From Solirubrobacteraceae bacterium (GTDB taxonomy: Bacteria; Actinomycetota; Thermoleophilia; Solirubrobacterales; Solirubrobacteraceae): a stretch of DNA of 64,000 nucleotides. The notes under the pieces are model-generated. The model had not been told where the DNA came from and searched no databases. It saw nothing but the letters and a program-made list of their open reading frames with translations. This document shows positions 17,380 through 26,653 of this stretch, piece after piece. Within the stretch, counting starts at the first letter, position 1. Each line of letters opens with the position of its first letter. The stretch is from positions 33,137 to 97,136 of the forward strand of contig DATCBT010000008.1 of NCBI GenBank assembly GCA_036511695.1, given 5' to 3'. A program made the position numbers and the translations under genes.

Positions 17380-19251
17380 TCAGGCAAGCGCCGCGGAAGA
17401 GCCGGCATCGGACACAGGTCGATCCTCGGCGACAGCCGCACCGCTCAGCAGCATCGAGTAGCGCCCGCCCAACTCGAGCAGCTCTTCGTGGGTACCACGC
17501 TCGACGATCCGCCCGGCGTCGAGCACGAGGATCTGATCGGCGTCCCTGATCGTCGAGAGCCGGTGGGCGATCGCGATCGTCGTACGGCCTCGCGAAAGAT
17601 CGTCGAGCGCCAGCTGCACGGCGCGCTCGGTCTCGGTATCGAGCGCGCTGGTTGCCTCGTCGAGGACGAGCACCGGTGGATTGCGCAGCACCGTTCGAGC
17701 GATCGCGATTCGCTGCTTCTCGCCGCCTGAGAACCGATAGCCGCGCTCGCCCACCTCGGTGTCATAGCCCTCCGGCAGGGAGGCGATCAGCCCGTGGATC
17801 TGCGCGGCGCGGGCGGCGTCTTCGATCTCCTCGTCGCTCGCCTCAGGGCAGGCGAAGCGCAGGTTCTCGCGGATCGACGCGTGGAACAGATAGGTCTCCT
17901 GCGAGACCAGCCCGACGGTCCCGGCCAGGGACTGCAACGTCATGTCGCGAATGTCCACGCCGTCGATGCTCACGCAGCCCTGCTGTGGCTCGTACAACCG
18001 CGCCACGAGATACGCAAGCGTCGTCTTGCCCGAGCCAGTCTCACCGACCAATGCGGTACGCGTTCCCGCCGGGATCTCGGCTGCGATCTCCTCCAACGTC
18101 CAGGGCGCCTCCGGCGCGTAGCGAAACCACACTTCATCAAGGCGCACATCGCCGCGCACGCCGCTCAGCGCACGAGCCTCGGGCCGCTCGACGATGTCCA
18201 CGGGCAGGTCGAGATACTCGAAGATCCGTCCGAACAAGGCCAGCGAAGTCTGCACTTCCAAGCCCACCGACAGCAGCGACTGGATCGGGAACAGCAGCCG
18301 GGTCTGGAGCGTCGTGAAAGCAACCAGCGTGCCGATCGTGATCGCCTGACTGCCGGAGGCGATGCTCTCGCCCGCGAACCAGTACACCGCGGCGGGCATG
18401 ATCGCAAAGCTCATCTGCACCGAGGCCATCCGCCAGCGTCCCGCCATCCGCGCGCGCACCTCCAAGTCGGCGAGTTCCCCAGACTCCTCTCCGAAGCGCC
18501 TTACCAGCTCCGGTGAGCGGCCCATCGTCTTGCCGAGCAGGATCCCCGATACCGACAGCGACTCCTCGACGAGCGTCGACATGTCCGCCAGACGACCCTG
18601 ACGCACCGATTGGATGCGCCGGCGCTCGTTACCCACGCGGCGGGTCAGCCACACGAAGAACGGCAGCAGGACCAGCGAGAACGCCGCCAGTTGCCAGTCG
18701 AGCAGGACCATTGCCACGATCACCGCCACGACGGTGGTCACGTTCTGCACGATCGAGGTCGCGGTGCTTGTCACGACACTGTCGATCCCACCGATGTCGT
18801 TGGCGATCCGCGACTGGACCTCGCCCGTGCGTGTGCGTGTGAAGAACGCCAGAGACATGCGCTGTAGGTGCGCGTATACGGCGGCGCGCAGGTCATGCAT
18901 CACGCGTTGGCCGACCTGATTTGAGATCCACGTCTGCGCCACCCCGATCACGCCGCCGATGATCGACAGCGCGATCATCCCGCCGACGAGCAGGGTCAGC
19001 AGTTGGGTGTTCTTCTGCGGGATCGCCGTGTCCAGCACCCCGCGCAGCAGGAACGGGCTGATCACCCCAAGGCCCGCTGCCAGGCAGATCAACGCGAGCA
19101 GCCCGCTCAACCGCCTCCTGTACGGCGTGAACAGCGCACCGATCCGCCGCAACGACACGGGCGTCGCGGGGATGTCCTCCGGCCTTAGCTCGGCTGCCTG
19201 GCCGTGGCGTCCTTCGCGTGATTGTCCTCCACCAAAGGGCTGGCTGCTCAC
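17380..19251 (-). CDS. ABC transporter, fused permease/ATP-binding (type IV exporter)
   Basis: Six-TM domain plus GETGSGKT, FSGGEKQR, LDEATSALD; start trimmed to GTG at 19251. Confidence 0.93.
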   Translation of the reverse strand: MSSQPFGGGQSREGRHGQAAELRPEDIPATPVSLRRIGALFTPYRRRLSGLLALICLAAGLGVISPFLLRGVLDTAIPQKNTQLLTLLVGGMIALSIIGGVIGVAQTWISNQVGQRVMHDLRAAVYAHLQRMSLAFFTRTRTGEVQSRIANDIGGIDSVVTSTATSIVQNVTTVVAVIVAMVLLDWQLAAFSLVLLPFFVWLTRRVGNERRRIQSVRQGRLADMSTLVEESLSVSGILLGKTMGRSPELVRRFGEESGELADLEVRARMAGRWRMASVQMSFAIMPAAVYWFAGESIASGSQAITIGTLVAFTTLQTRLLFPIQSLLSVGLEVQTSLALFGRIFEYLDLPVDIVERPEARALSGVRGDVRLDEVWFRYAPEAPWTLEEIAAEIPAGTRTALVGETGSGKTTLAYLVARLYEPQQGCVSIDGVDIRDMTLQSLAGTVGLVSQETYLFHASIRENLRFACPEASDEEIEDAARAAQIHGLIASLPEGYDTEVGERGYRFSGGEKQRIAIARTVLRNPPVLVLDEATSALDTETERAVQLALDDLSRGRTTIAIAHRLSTIRDADQILVLDAGRIVERGTHEELLELGGRYSMLLSGAAVAEDRPVSDAGSSAALA

Positions 19252-19302
19252 GATCTGACTGTACCGTCGTAGGGTCAGAGCCCGAAGTCGTAGGGTTAAG
19301 GC

Positions 19303-19905
19303 GTGAACCTCTCGGCCTCGGAGACGCGCGTGCTGGGTTGCCTGCTGGAAAAGCAGCGCACGACTCCAGACATGTACCCCCTTTCGCTCAACGCACTGCG
19401 TCTGGCCTGTAACCAGTCGACCAACCGCGACCCGGTCGTCGAGTACGACGACGCGATCCTCCGTGATGCGCTGCATCACCTCGAGCGCCGCGGTTTCACG
19501 CGCCTGGCAAGCGGTCGCCGCGCGCCGAAGTACCGGCATCTGCTCGCGGAGGCACTGCCGATGGCCGAGGACGAACAGGCGATCGTGTGCGTGCTGATGC
19601 TGCGCGGCCCGCAGACGCCCGGAGAGCTGAAGCAGCGGGCCGAGCGCATGCACACCTTCGCCGACCTGTCCGCGGTGCACGAGATACTTGGGCGGCTGAT
19701 CGAGCGCGGGCTGGCAGCGTGCATGGAGCGCCGGCCGGGGCAGAAGGAGGACCGTTACACCCAATTGCTCGAAGAGGACGTCCTGGTTCCACAGGAGCCG
19801 CCGCCGATCATCCCGGTTGTGCTGACCCCGGTCGATGGCCTCGAGGAGCGCGTCGCCAGATTGGAGCGTGCGGTAGCCGAGCTCCGCGCGACCGTACAGC
19901 CGTGA
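19303..19905 (+). CDS. YceH/DUF480 family protein
   Basis: RVLGCLLEKQRTTPD.YPLSLNAL..ACNQ.TNRDPV, LMLRGPQTPGEL. Confidence 0.9.
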   Translation: MNLSASETRVLGCLLEKQRTTPDMYPLSLNALRLACNQSTNRDPVVEYDDAILRDALHHLERRGFTRLASGRRAPKYRHLLAEALPMAEDEQAIVCVLMLRGPQTPGELKQRAERMHTFADLSAVHEILGRLIERGLAACMERRPGQKEDRYTQLLEEDVLVPQEPPPIIPVVLTPVDGLEERVARLERAVAELRATVQP

Positions 19906-20675
19906 GCCACGCCCACCTGATCCTCGCCGCCTCATCCGATGCGGCGACCGGTGTCGGCATCCCGCTGGCGCTTGCCGCGGGATTCGTGTCGTTCCTATCA
20001 CCGTGCGTGCTGCCGCTCGTGCCCGGCTACCTGTCGACCGTCGTCGGGGTCACGCCCGTGGACATGAAGGAGGGCGTCAGCGCCCGCCGGGTGCTCGTCC
20101 CGAGCTTGCTGTTCATCGGCAGCTTCTCGGCGATCTTCATCCTGCTGGGGATGAGCGCGACGGTGATCGGGTCGGCGCTCGCCACACACAAAGAAGAGCT
20201 CGAGCAGGTCGGCGGCATCGTCATCATCCTGATGGGTCTCGTATTTCTTGCGACGCCGTTCATCGCGATGTTCAACCGCGAGTGGCATTCCGAGTCGCTG
20301 CTGCGCCTCGCCGGTCGCGGCGGTCCGGTGGTGGCCGGCGCCGCGTTTGCGATCGCCTGGACGCCCTGCACCAGCATCACCCTCAGCGCGATCCTCACGC
20401 AGGCCGCGATCTCCGGCTCGGCGGCCCACGGAGCCCTGTTACTCGCCTTCTATTCCGCGGGGCTCGCGATCCCCTTTCTGTTGATCGCGCTCGCGTTCGA
20501 GCGCATGACGAACGCGCTTACGGTCGTCAAGCGCCATTTCCCGGTGATCATCGGTATCGGTGGAGTGGTGATGATCGGCCTCGGCGTGCTGATCCTGACC
20601 GGCGAGTTCACGACCTTGAACGCGCAGGCAAATTCCCTGCTCGAAGGCACCGGACTCAGCGTCTCGAACATCTGA
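19902..20675 (+). CDS. ccdA: Cytochrome c biogenesis protein CcdA
   Basis: AGFVSFLSPCVLPLVPGY and AFAIAWTPC; GTG overlaps the upstream stop. Confidence 0.9.
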   Translation: MSHAHLILAASSDAATGVGIPLALAAGFVSFLSPCVLPLVPGYLSTVVGVTPVDMKEGVSARRVLVPSLLFIGSFSAIFILLGMSATVIGSALATHKEELEQVGGIVIILMGLVFLATPFIAMFNREWHSESLLRLAGRGGPVVAGAAFAIAWTPCTSITLSAILTQAAISGSAAHGALLLAFYSAGLAIPFLLIALAFERMTNALTVVKRHFPVIIGIGGVVMIGLGVLILTGEFTTLNAQANSLLEGTGLSVSNI

Positions 20676-20706
20676 AGGTAAGCAGGCTCCGCCCGCACTG
20701 ACCTCA

Positions 20707-20737
20707 GTGGAGGTCTCGCGGGATCCGCGACCTCCAC
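20707..20737. terminator. Hairpin between convergent ccdA and sigma factor
   Basis: GTGGAGG-tc-TCGCGG-gat-CCGCGA-CCTCCAC. Confidence 0.6.
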
Positions 20738-20763
20738 CGTGCCCGACCGAGTCCTTCTGTGAT

Positions 20764-21750
20764 CTAGGCGGCCTCGCGCAGCGCGAGCAGCTCGGGCAGC
20801 TCAGCAAGCTTCTTCAAGGCGCGCTGCTCGAGCTGCGAAGCCCGCTCCGCGGAGAACCCGAGCCGTTTGCCGATCGCGGTCAGCGTCTGGGGCTCCTCAC
20901 GCCCGGTGCCGAAGCGCAGCGTCAGCACGGTCCGCTCGGTTTCGGGCAGCTGGGCGATTGCGTCGTGCACGATGCGCTCGCGCTCGTTGTCCCAGGCCGT
21001 GTCCTCGGGGGCCTCCTGGTCGGAAGGCAGCAGGTCGCCGAGCGCAGTGTCGCCATCCTCACCGATCTGCTGATCGAGACTGACCAAGGCGGCGCGCTGG
21101 TGGCGCACCTCCTCGACCTGCTCGATCTCCAGGCCGGTCTCCCGCGCCAGCTCCTCGACCGTGGGCTCGCGTCCGAGGCGCACCGACAGCTCGCGCTCGA
21201 CACGCCCCACCTTGCGCGAGCGCTGGGCGACGTGAACGGGCAGACGGATCGTGCGCCCTGAGTTCTCCAGGCCGCGCTGGATCGCCTGGCGAATCCAGAG
21301 GGTGGCGTAGGTGGAGAAGCGAAAGCCCTTGCGCCAGTCGAACTTCTCGCTCGCCCGGATCAGGCCGAGCAGGCCCTCCTGGACGAGGTCGGCGAGCGGC
21401 AGGCCCTGGTTCTGGTAGCGCCTCGCGTTGGAGGCGACGAGTCGCAGGTTGGAGTTGACGAGCAGTTCCTTCGCATGCAGGTCGCCGCGCTCGATGCGCT
21501 GCGCCAGATCGATCTCCTGCGCGGGAGCGAGCAGCGGATAGCGGCGCGAATGCGCGAGCAGCTGGTCGACCGCCTCGGGAATGAAGCTGTCTGCCGGTCC
21601 GAACTCGATCCGCTCGGGAGCGGGGTTGTCGAGGCGCTCGGGCTTCGCGCGAGGCTCCTCCTCCGCACGGGGCGGCTGCTCGCCTGCGGCGCGCTCACCG
21701 GCGGCGATCGAGTCGAGTGGGGTGATGGGGGCTATGCGGGGATCTGGCAT
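20764..21750 (-). CDS. RNA polymerase sigma-70 factor, RpoD-like group 2
   Basis: SNLRLV, DLVQEG..GLIRA.EKFDWRKGFRFSTYATLWIRQAI and region 4 HTH; lacks region 1.1. Confidence 0.93.
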   Translation of the reverse strand: MPDPRIAPITPLDSIAAGERAAGEQPPRAEEEPRAKPERLDNPAPERIEFGPADSFIPEAVDQLLAHSRRYPLLAPAQEIDLAQRIERGDLHAKELLVNSNLRLVASNARRYQNQGLPLADLVQEGLLGLIRASEKFDWRKGFRFSTYATLWIRQAIQRGLENSGRTIRLPVHVAQRSRKVGRVERELSVRLGREPTVEELARETGLEIEQVEEVRHQRAALVSLDQQIGEDGDTALGDLLPSDQEAPEDTAWDNERERIVHDAIAQLPETERTVLTLRFGTGREEPQTLTAIGKRLGFSAERASQLEQRALKKLAELPELLALREAA

Positions 21751-22003
21751 GACTGTCCTTCTAATCCGATGCTTGGAGTCGGAATTATATTCCTCGATAG
21801 TTGCGTTGTCAATGATTTTTCTAAGCGCGGCTGGGCGAGCCTTCAACAGACTCTCGTTCGACACTGTGTACGAAGCCACCTGCCCTTTAGAGCACAACCC
21901 GTGAACCGCCCAAAAAGCTCTGTCCAGACCATCCTCGCCGGCACAGTGCTCGACGCGCGGGCCACGGCACCGGAGCAGCGGGGATCTACAGAGGCTTTAC
22001 CCG

Positions 22004-22288
22004 CTAACGCGAGGTTTTATCGTCGGCTGCGGAGACCGGTCCGTCTATCGCGTCCTTGAGGCGCAGAGTGAGGCCGAGCGTGGTCACACGCAGGTCGTGC
22101 TCGCCGACGCGAACGGCGTCGCCGGGATGCAGCTGTCGACCACGGCGCCCCTCCAGCTGTCCGTTGATCGATACCGACTCCGCCGCGATCAACGCCTTGA
22201 CCTCGCTGCCGCTGTCGACGATGCCGGCGAGCTTCAGCAGCTGGCCGAGCCTGATCATCTCGCCTCGGATCGGGATCTCGCGGACCAT
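22004..22288 (-). CDS. S4 RNA-binding domain protein (YaaA/YbcJ-like)
   Basis: IRLGQLLKLAGIVDSGSEVK...RRGRQLHPGD. Confidence 0.9.
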   Translation of the reverse strand: MVREIPIRGEMIRLGQLLKLAGIVDSGSEVKALIAAESVSINGQLEGRRGRQLHPGDAVRVGEHDLRVTTLGLTLRLKDAIDGPVSAADDKTSR

Positions 22289-22346
22289 CCGCCCAATCTA
22301 GCTACCGTCCGCGGATCGAGAGCCTCGACCGCGGCGGCCGGCGGGC

Positions 22347-22394
22347 AGCAGGCGAGCAGGCAAGCAGGCAAGCAGGCAAGCAGGCAAGCGGGCA
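22347..22394. repeat. 8-bp tandem repeat (AGCAGGCA) x6
   Basis: agcaggcg-(agcaggca)4-agcgggca. Confidence 0.9.
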
Positions 22395-22398
22395 GTGT

Positions 22399-22857
22399 CT
22401 AACGTCCCAGCGTGCGCTCGAGCTGATGGACTCGCCCGCGCAGATCGCCGAGCAGCTTGCGCACCTGCTCGAGACCCGCTCGCAGCTCCGCATCGCCGAC
22501 CTCGATCGGCAACATCGAATCTTGCAGCGTCGCGAGCGCGCTGTCTGCCTTGCCGATCGCCTCCACCGCGTTATCGAGGAAACCCTTCGGACCTTGTGAC
22601 GGAGCCCCCGGAGATGCCGGCTCGAACGCGCGGCCAGGTAGGTCATGGCGGTCGGCGAACTCCATGTAGGTGCGCTGCGCGCGGCCATAGGCCATCTGCG
22701 TCGGGCGAAATATCTCTTGCTCGAGCCGCTCCGCGTTGGCCTCATCGAGTTGCTCATAGGCTTCGCCCAGCGACGCAAGCGCGATCCCGAGCTCCTCGGT
22801 TGCCTGTGCGACGGTGTCGAGCAGCTGTCCTCTGGCTTGTGCGGTGGTGTAGGTCAT
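22399..22857 (-). CDS. Hypothetical all-helical protein
   Basis: 152-aa ORF starting MTYTTAQARGQ with genome-typical codon use. Confidence 0.7.
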   Translation of the reverse strand: MTYTTAQARGQLLDTVAQATEELGIALASLGEAYEQLDEANAERLEQEIFRPTQMAYGRAQRTYMEFADRHDLPGRAFEPASPGAPSQGPKGFLDNAVEAIGKADSALATLQDSMLPIEVGDAELRAGLEQVRKLLGDLRGRVHQLERTLGR

Positions 22858-23016
22858 GACCACTAGGTTATTCACAGTTCCTCGCCGACACGAGCACAAT
22901 CATCCAACCGCTCGGTCTCTGTCGCTGAGGCGAGCAGCGCCGGCGCGGCTTTGACAGCACCGCAGTGGCTTGACAGCGCCGTGATGCGATATCTTGCTGA
23001 GCGCCAGATGGGTCCC

Positions 23017-23070
23017 TGGTGGGAGGCATGCCTTCCGAACCGCCCACTTTGAAGGGCTGATGGCTCCTTT
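23017..23070 (+). ncRNA. Fluoride (crcB) riboswitch, divergent 5' stem
   Basis: AACCGCCC...GGGCTGATGGCTCCT 3' block just upstream of crcB genes. Confidence 0.7.
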
Positions 23071-23106
23071 CGCGAAACCGAAGCCACGCGAGAGGAGCAA
23101 GAGACT

Positions 23107-23538
23107 ATGCCCGCAAGAGTTGCGCTGGCCACAAGGGCTTTACCGGATCTGGACAGACGTGAGTTGGGGGCGATCTTCCTCGGTGGGGTCGCAGGCGGGT
23201 TGCTGCGGGTTTGGCTGAGCCGGTCTTTCGCAAGCGGCCCGACGGACTGGCCCTGGGCCATTTTCGCGATCAACGTCACCGGCTCGTTTGCGCTCGGCTG
23301 CCTGGTTACCTGGCTGAGAGAGCGCCCGCCGGAATCGACATTTCATCATCCGCTGTGGACTGCCGGCTTCTGCGGCACCTACACCACGTTCTCCACGATG
23401 CAGTTGGAGATGCTCGTGCTGCTCAACCACGACCGCTACGCACTCGCCGCCGGATACGCGCTCTCCAGCATCCTCGCCGGATACCTGGCGATCTGGATCG
23501 GGACGGGACTCGTGCGACGCGAGCGTGCGACCGCATGA
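23107..23538 (+). CDS. crcB: Fluoride efflux channel Fluc/CrcB
   Basis: GGVAGGLLR, PWAIFAINVTGSFALG, GFCGTYTTFST. Confidence 0.92.
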   Translation: MPARVALATRALPDLDRRELGAIFLGGVAGGLLRVWLSRSFASGPTDWPWAIFAINVTGSFALGCLVTWLRERPPESTFHHPLWTAGFCGTYTTFSTMQLEMLVLLNHDRYALAAGYALSSILAGYLAIWIGTGLVRRERATA

Positions 23539-23572
23539 GTGTCTGGGTCATGCAAGGCGGGTGTGAGATCGC

Positions 23573-23950
23573 ATGAGCGCCTGGGTTTGGATTGGCGTCG
23601 CGCTGTGCAGCGGGATCGCCGCGATCGGACGGTTCGTGCTCGTCGCGCTGATCAGCTCACGTGTCGTGACAGGGTTCCCGGGAGCGTTCCCGCTCGGTAC
23701 GTTCGCTGTCAACATGACAGGCGCCCTGCTGCTCGGACTGCTCGCCGGGCTCGCGGTCGAAGGCGACGCGCTTGTCCTGCTGGGCACTGCCACCCTCGGT
23801 TCCTACACGACCTTCTCGACCTGGATGCTCGAGACACAGCGTCTCGCCGAGGATGGTCAGATCGCCGTTGCGGCGATCAATATTCTGCTCAGCCTCGTGG
23901 TCGGCCTCGGCGCCATCGCCCTTGGACGCGCTGTCGGGATGCACTTATGA
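23573..23950 (+). CDS. crcB: Fluoride efflux channel Fluc/CrcB (second subunit)
   Basis: FPLGTFAVNMTGALLLG, LGSYTTFSTWMLE. Confidence 0.92.
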   Translation: MSAWVWIGVALCSGIAAIGRFVLVALISSRVVTGFPGAFPLGTFAVNMTGALLLGLLAGLAVEGDALVLLGTATLGSYTTFSTWMLETQRLAEDGQIAVAAINILLSLVVGLGAIALGRAVGMHL

Positions 23951-23978
23951 GACACAACTCAAGGCGGGCGAGCTCTTA

Positions 23979-24142
23979 GAACCTGTTTCAAAATAGGCGG
24001 TGCGGTCGGGGCGTTCATGGACCAAGCTGGGCGACGCGGGCAGGTGAAGGCCGTGCTGGTAGCACGGCCAAGCCAGCACGTGGTGATCCAGCGCCGCGTA
24101 CAGGGACGCATCCGGGCGTGCCGATCTTTTTGAAACAGGTTC
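23979..24142. mobile_element. 164-bp MITE with perfect 15-bp terminal inverted repeats (IS5-like ends)
   Basis: GAACCTGTTTCAAAA (23979-23993) and TTTTGAAACAGGTTC (24128-24142); flanks TTA and CTA; no transposase. Confidence 0.8.
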
Positions 24143-24355
24143 CTACACGCGGCCGGTGTCGCGCCGGTAGGCGTACGCGGCAAGCCGGGCGAGGATGATC
24201 GTCCACACGTCGATGCCACGCACCGCGCGCACGACACCCTGCGGGCTGTGGAAGGACTTCGTCAGCCCTTGGATCTGGATTCCCGTGGCTGGACGTGCAG
24301 AGGTAGTTGCGGAAGCTGGGGTGGAGCTCACGGACAGGACTTTATTGCGTAGCAT
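24143..24355 (-). pseudogene. Deletion remnant fusing an ABC ATPase N-terminus to an ABC permease C-terminus
   Basis: GIQIQGLTKSFHSPQGVVRAVRGID joined directly to VWTIILARLAAYAYRRDTGRV*. Confidence 0.7.
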
Positions 24356-24494
24356 CTCCCCCGAACGAAGCAGAGCGGCAATCGATATATCCGCAGATGA
24401 GACATTCAATCCAGACAACTGCAATCGTCGTGCTGCGTGCGTTCGCGACCTTGCCGGGACACGTCCACCGGTTCTGAGACATAGCGCGCTGTAG

Positions 24495-25247
24495 ATGAGC
24501 ATCGGCGAGATCATCGCCATCGCCTGCGCCGGGCTCGCGGCGGGGATGATCAACACGATGGTGGGCAGTGGGACGCTGATCACCTTTCCGGTGCTGCTTG
24601 CGTTCGGTTACGCCCCGGTGACGGCGAACGTCTCCAACACCATCGGCCTGGTTCCGGGGTCGCTCTCGGGCGCAGTGGGCTACCGGCGCGAGCTGGCAGG
24701 CCAGCGCCGGCGCATGATGCGGCTGGGCACGGCATCGGTGTTGGGCGGCGCCACCGGGGCGGTTCTGCTCCTGGTCCTGCCCGCGTCGGCATTCAAGGCG
24801 ATCGTGCCGGTCTTCATCGCGATCGCGCTCGTCCTCGTCGTCCTGCAACCGCGCCTGAAGCTGCGGCTGGCCAAGCGCGAGATCGACCCGCAGCGCGAGG
24901 GCGGCATGCTCACCCTGCTCGCCGTCTACCTGACCGGGGTGTACGGCGGTTACTTTGGCGCTGCCCAAGGGATCCTGTTGCTCGGGATTCTCGGCGTCGC
25001 GCTGTCGCAGACCCTGCACCGCACCAACGCGCTGAAGAACGTCCTCGCCGGTTTGACCAACGGCGTGGCCGGCCTGTACTTCATCCTCGCCGCGCACGTC
25101 GCCTGGGCGCCCGCCGGGATCATCGCCTGCACATCGATCCTCGGAGCCCAGCTCGGAGCGCACTATGGACGGCGGCTGCCGCCCGCAGCACTGCGAGGGC
25201 TGATCGTTGTGGTCGGTCTCACCGCGATCGTGCGCCTGCTTGGCTGA
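24495..25247 (+). CDS. TSUP (TauE/SafE) family transporter
   Basis: AGMINTMVGSGTLITFP, GVYGGYFGAAQG, NALKN. Confidence 0.9.
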   Translation: MSIGEIIAIACAGLAAGMINTMVGSGTLITFPVLLAFGYAPVTANVSNTIGLVPGSLSGAVGYRRELAGQRRRMMRLGTASVLGGATGAVLLLVLPASAFKAIVPVFIAIALVLVVLQPRLKLRLAKREIDPQREGGMLTLLAVYLTGVYGGYFGAAQGILLLGILGVALSQTLHRTNALKNVLAGLTNGVAGLYFILAAHVAWAPAGIIACTSILGAQLGAHYGRRLPPAALRGLIVVVGLTAIVRLLG

Positions 25248-25345
25248 TCGCCGCGACTGCCTGGTTGAGCCGCCGCGTTGCCGGCGGTCGAGGCCTGGGT
25301 GGAAATACACAATTTGCGGGATTCTGGCGGCATTTCCCCGTCAGA

Positions 25346-25412
25346 GACACAGAAGACACGCAGGCCCGTCGTTGGGGGGAGGGACACGGAAGACACGCAT
25401 GCCCGTTGTTGG
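25346..25412. repeat. Two ~30-bp direct repeats (37-bp period) upstream of degV
   Basis: gacacagaagacacgcaggcccgtcgttgg and gacacggaagacacgcatgcccgttgttgg. Confidence 0.8.
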
Positions 25413-25426
25413 TGTAGCGTCGCGGC

Positions 25427-26290
25427 ATGGGCTCCGTCGCGGTTGTCACCGACACCACGCACTACCTCCCGCGCCAGCTGGCGGATAGTCGCAACATTCA
25501 TCAGGTCAGCCTGTATGTCGGCTGGAAGGGCGAATCCGAGCGCGAGCTGCAGATGGATGGCTTTGATCGTTTCTATGAGCGTCTCGGCAGCGACTCCGAA
25601 CTGCCAAGCACCTCACAGCCCTCGATCGGCGACTTCCTCGCTGTCTGGGAGCCGCTGATAGAGGCCGGGCAGGAGATAGTCTCCATCCACCTGTCCAGCG
25701 GCATCTCCGGTACCTGCGAGGCCGCTCGCCAGGCACAGGCCTTGCTCGCCGAGCGCGGCCTCGGCGATCGCGTCGCGGTGATCGACAGCGAGACGATCGC
25801 CGGCGGCATGGGCCTGCTCGCGCTCGCCGCGGCCGCGGCCGCGAACGGCGGGGCCGACCGGGACGCGGTCGTTGCCCGCGTGCGCGAGGCGCGTGCCGGG
25901 CTGAAAATCTGGTTCTGTCTCGACACGCTCGAGTACCTGCGCCGCGGCGGGCGCATCGGTAGCGCGCAGGCGTGGATCGGCGGCACGCTCAGGATTAAGC
26001 CGATCCTCTCACTCGAATACGAGGTCACGCCCGTCGAGCGCGTGCGCACCGCCGGGCGCGCCTTCGAGCGCATGGTCAAGTACATGCACGAGCTGCAGGA
26101 CAACGGATCCGACGGCTGGATCGTCCAGCACATCCAGGCGCATGAGCAGGCCCAGCGCCTGATCGAGCGCGGGCGGGAGATCTACGGCTCAGAGCCGATC
26201 TTCGTCTCCGAAGTCGGGCCGGTTGGCGGCACCTACGCGGGCCCAGGCATGATCGGCCTCGGCGGAGTACCCCGCGCGCTGCTATCCTGA
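25427..26290 (+). CDS. DegV family fatty acid-binding protein
   Basis: VAVVTDT, PSTSQPS, SIHLSSGISGT, LDTLEYLRRGGRIG. Confidence 0.93.
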   Translation: MGSVAVVTDTTHYLPRQLADSRNIHQVSLYVGWKGESERELQMDGFDRFYERLGSDSELPSTSQPSIGDFLAVWEPLIEAGQEIVSIHLSSGISGTCEAARQAQALLAERGLGDRVAVIDSETIAGGMGLLALAAAAAANGGADRDAVVARVREARAGLKIWFCLDTLEYLRRGGRIGSAQAWIGGTLRIKPILSLEYEVTPVERVRTAGRAFERMVKYMHELQDNGSDGWIVQHIQAHEQAQRLIERGREIYGSEPIFVSEVGPVGGTYAGPGMIGLGGVPRALLS

Positions 26291-26296
26291 CACCGT

Positions 26297-26653
26297 ATGC
26301 GGTGTAGTACAAGCGCGTCGATATTGCTGCGCGAAGCGAGAACACGGCATGGCATCAGCCAGCGACGGCTGGCGCTGCGCGCGAGGACCAGTCAGGACGC
26401 GATCAGCCGCATCGAGCGTGGTGTTGAGTCGCCGACGCTTGAGCGGCTTATTCACCTGCTGATGATGCTTGGTGAAGGCCTCCAGTTCAACGCCGTGCCA
26501 CTTGAGCAGGCGGAGGGTGATGTTGCGCGGCTTACCGCACGCGAGCGACTGCGCGAGGCGGCATCGTGGAACCTGGTTGCGACCAAACTGGAGATTGCGG
26601 GCGCACAAGCACGGAAGGCCGGCCATCCAGCGACGCGCTACATACGATCGTGA
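26297..26653 (+). CDS. XRE-family HTH protein, putative antitoxin
   Basis: LREAR..HGISQRRLA.RARTSQDAISRIERGVESPT; GTGA overlap with the next gene. Confidence 0.8.
   Translation: MRCSTSASILLREARTRHGISQRRLALRARTSQDAISRIERGVESPTLERLIHLLMMLGEGLQFNAVPLEQAEGDVARLTARERLREAASWNLVATKLEIAGAQARKAGHPATRYIRS

Noticed and set aside
19252..20001. N-terminal extension making the ABC exporter 873 aa
   Set aside because: Overlaps yceH and ccdA on the opposite strand; the real start is near 19251.
21781..21793. GGAAT-TAT-ATTCC palindrome upstream of the sigma factor
   Set aside because: Short, single instance; cannot be assigned to a regulator.
25346..25412. Possible mini-CRISPR
   Set aside because: Only two units separated by about 7 bp, and no cas genes in the window.
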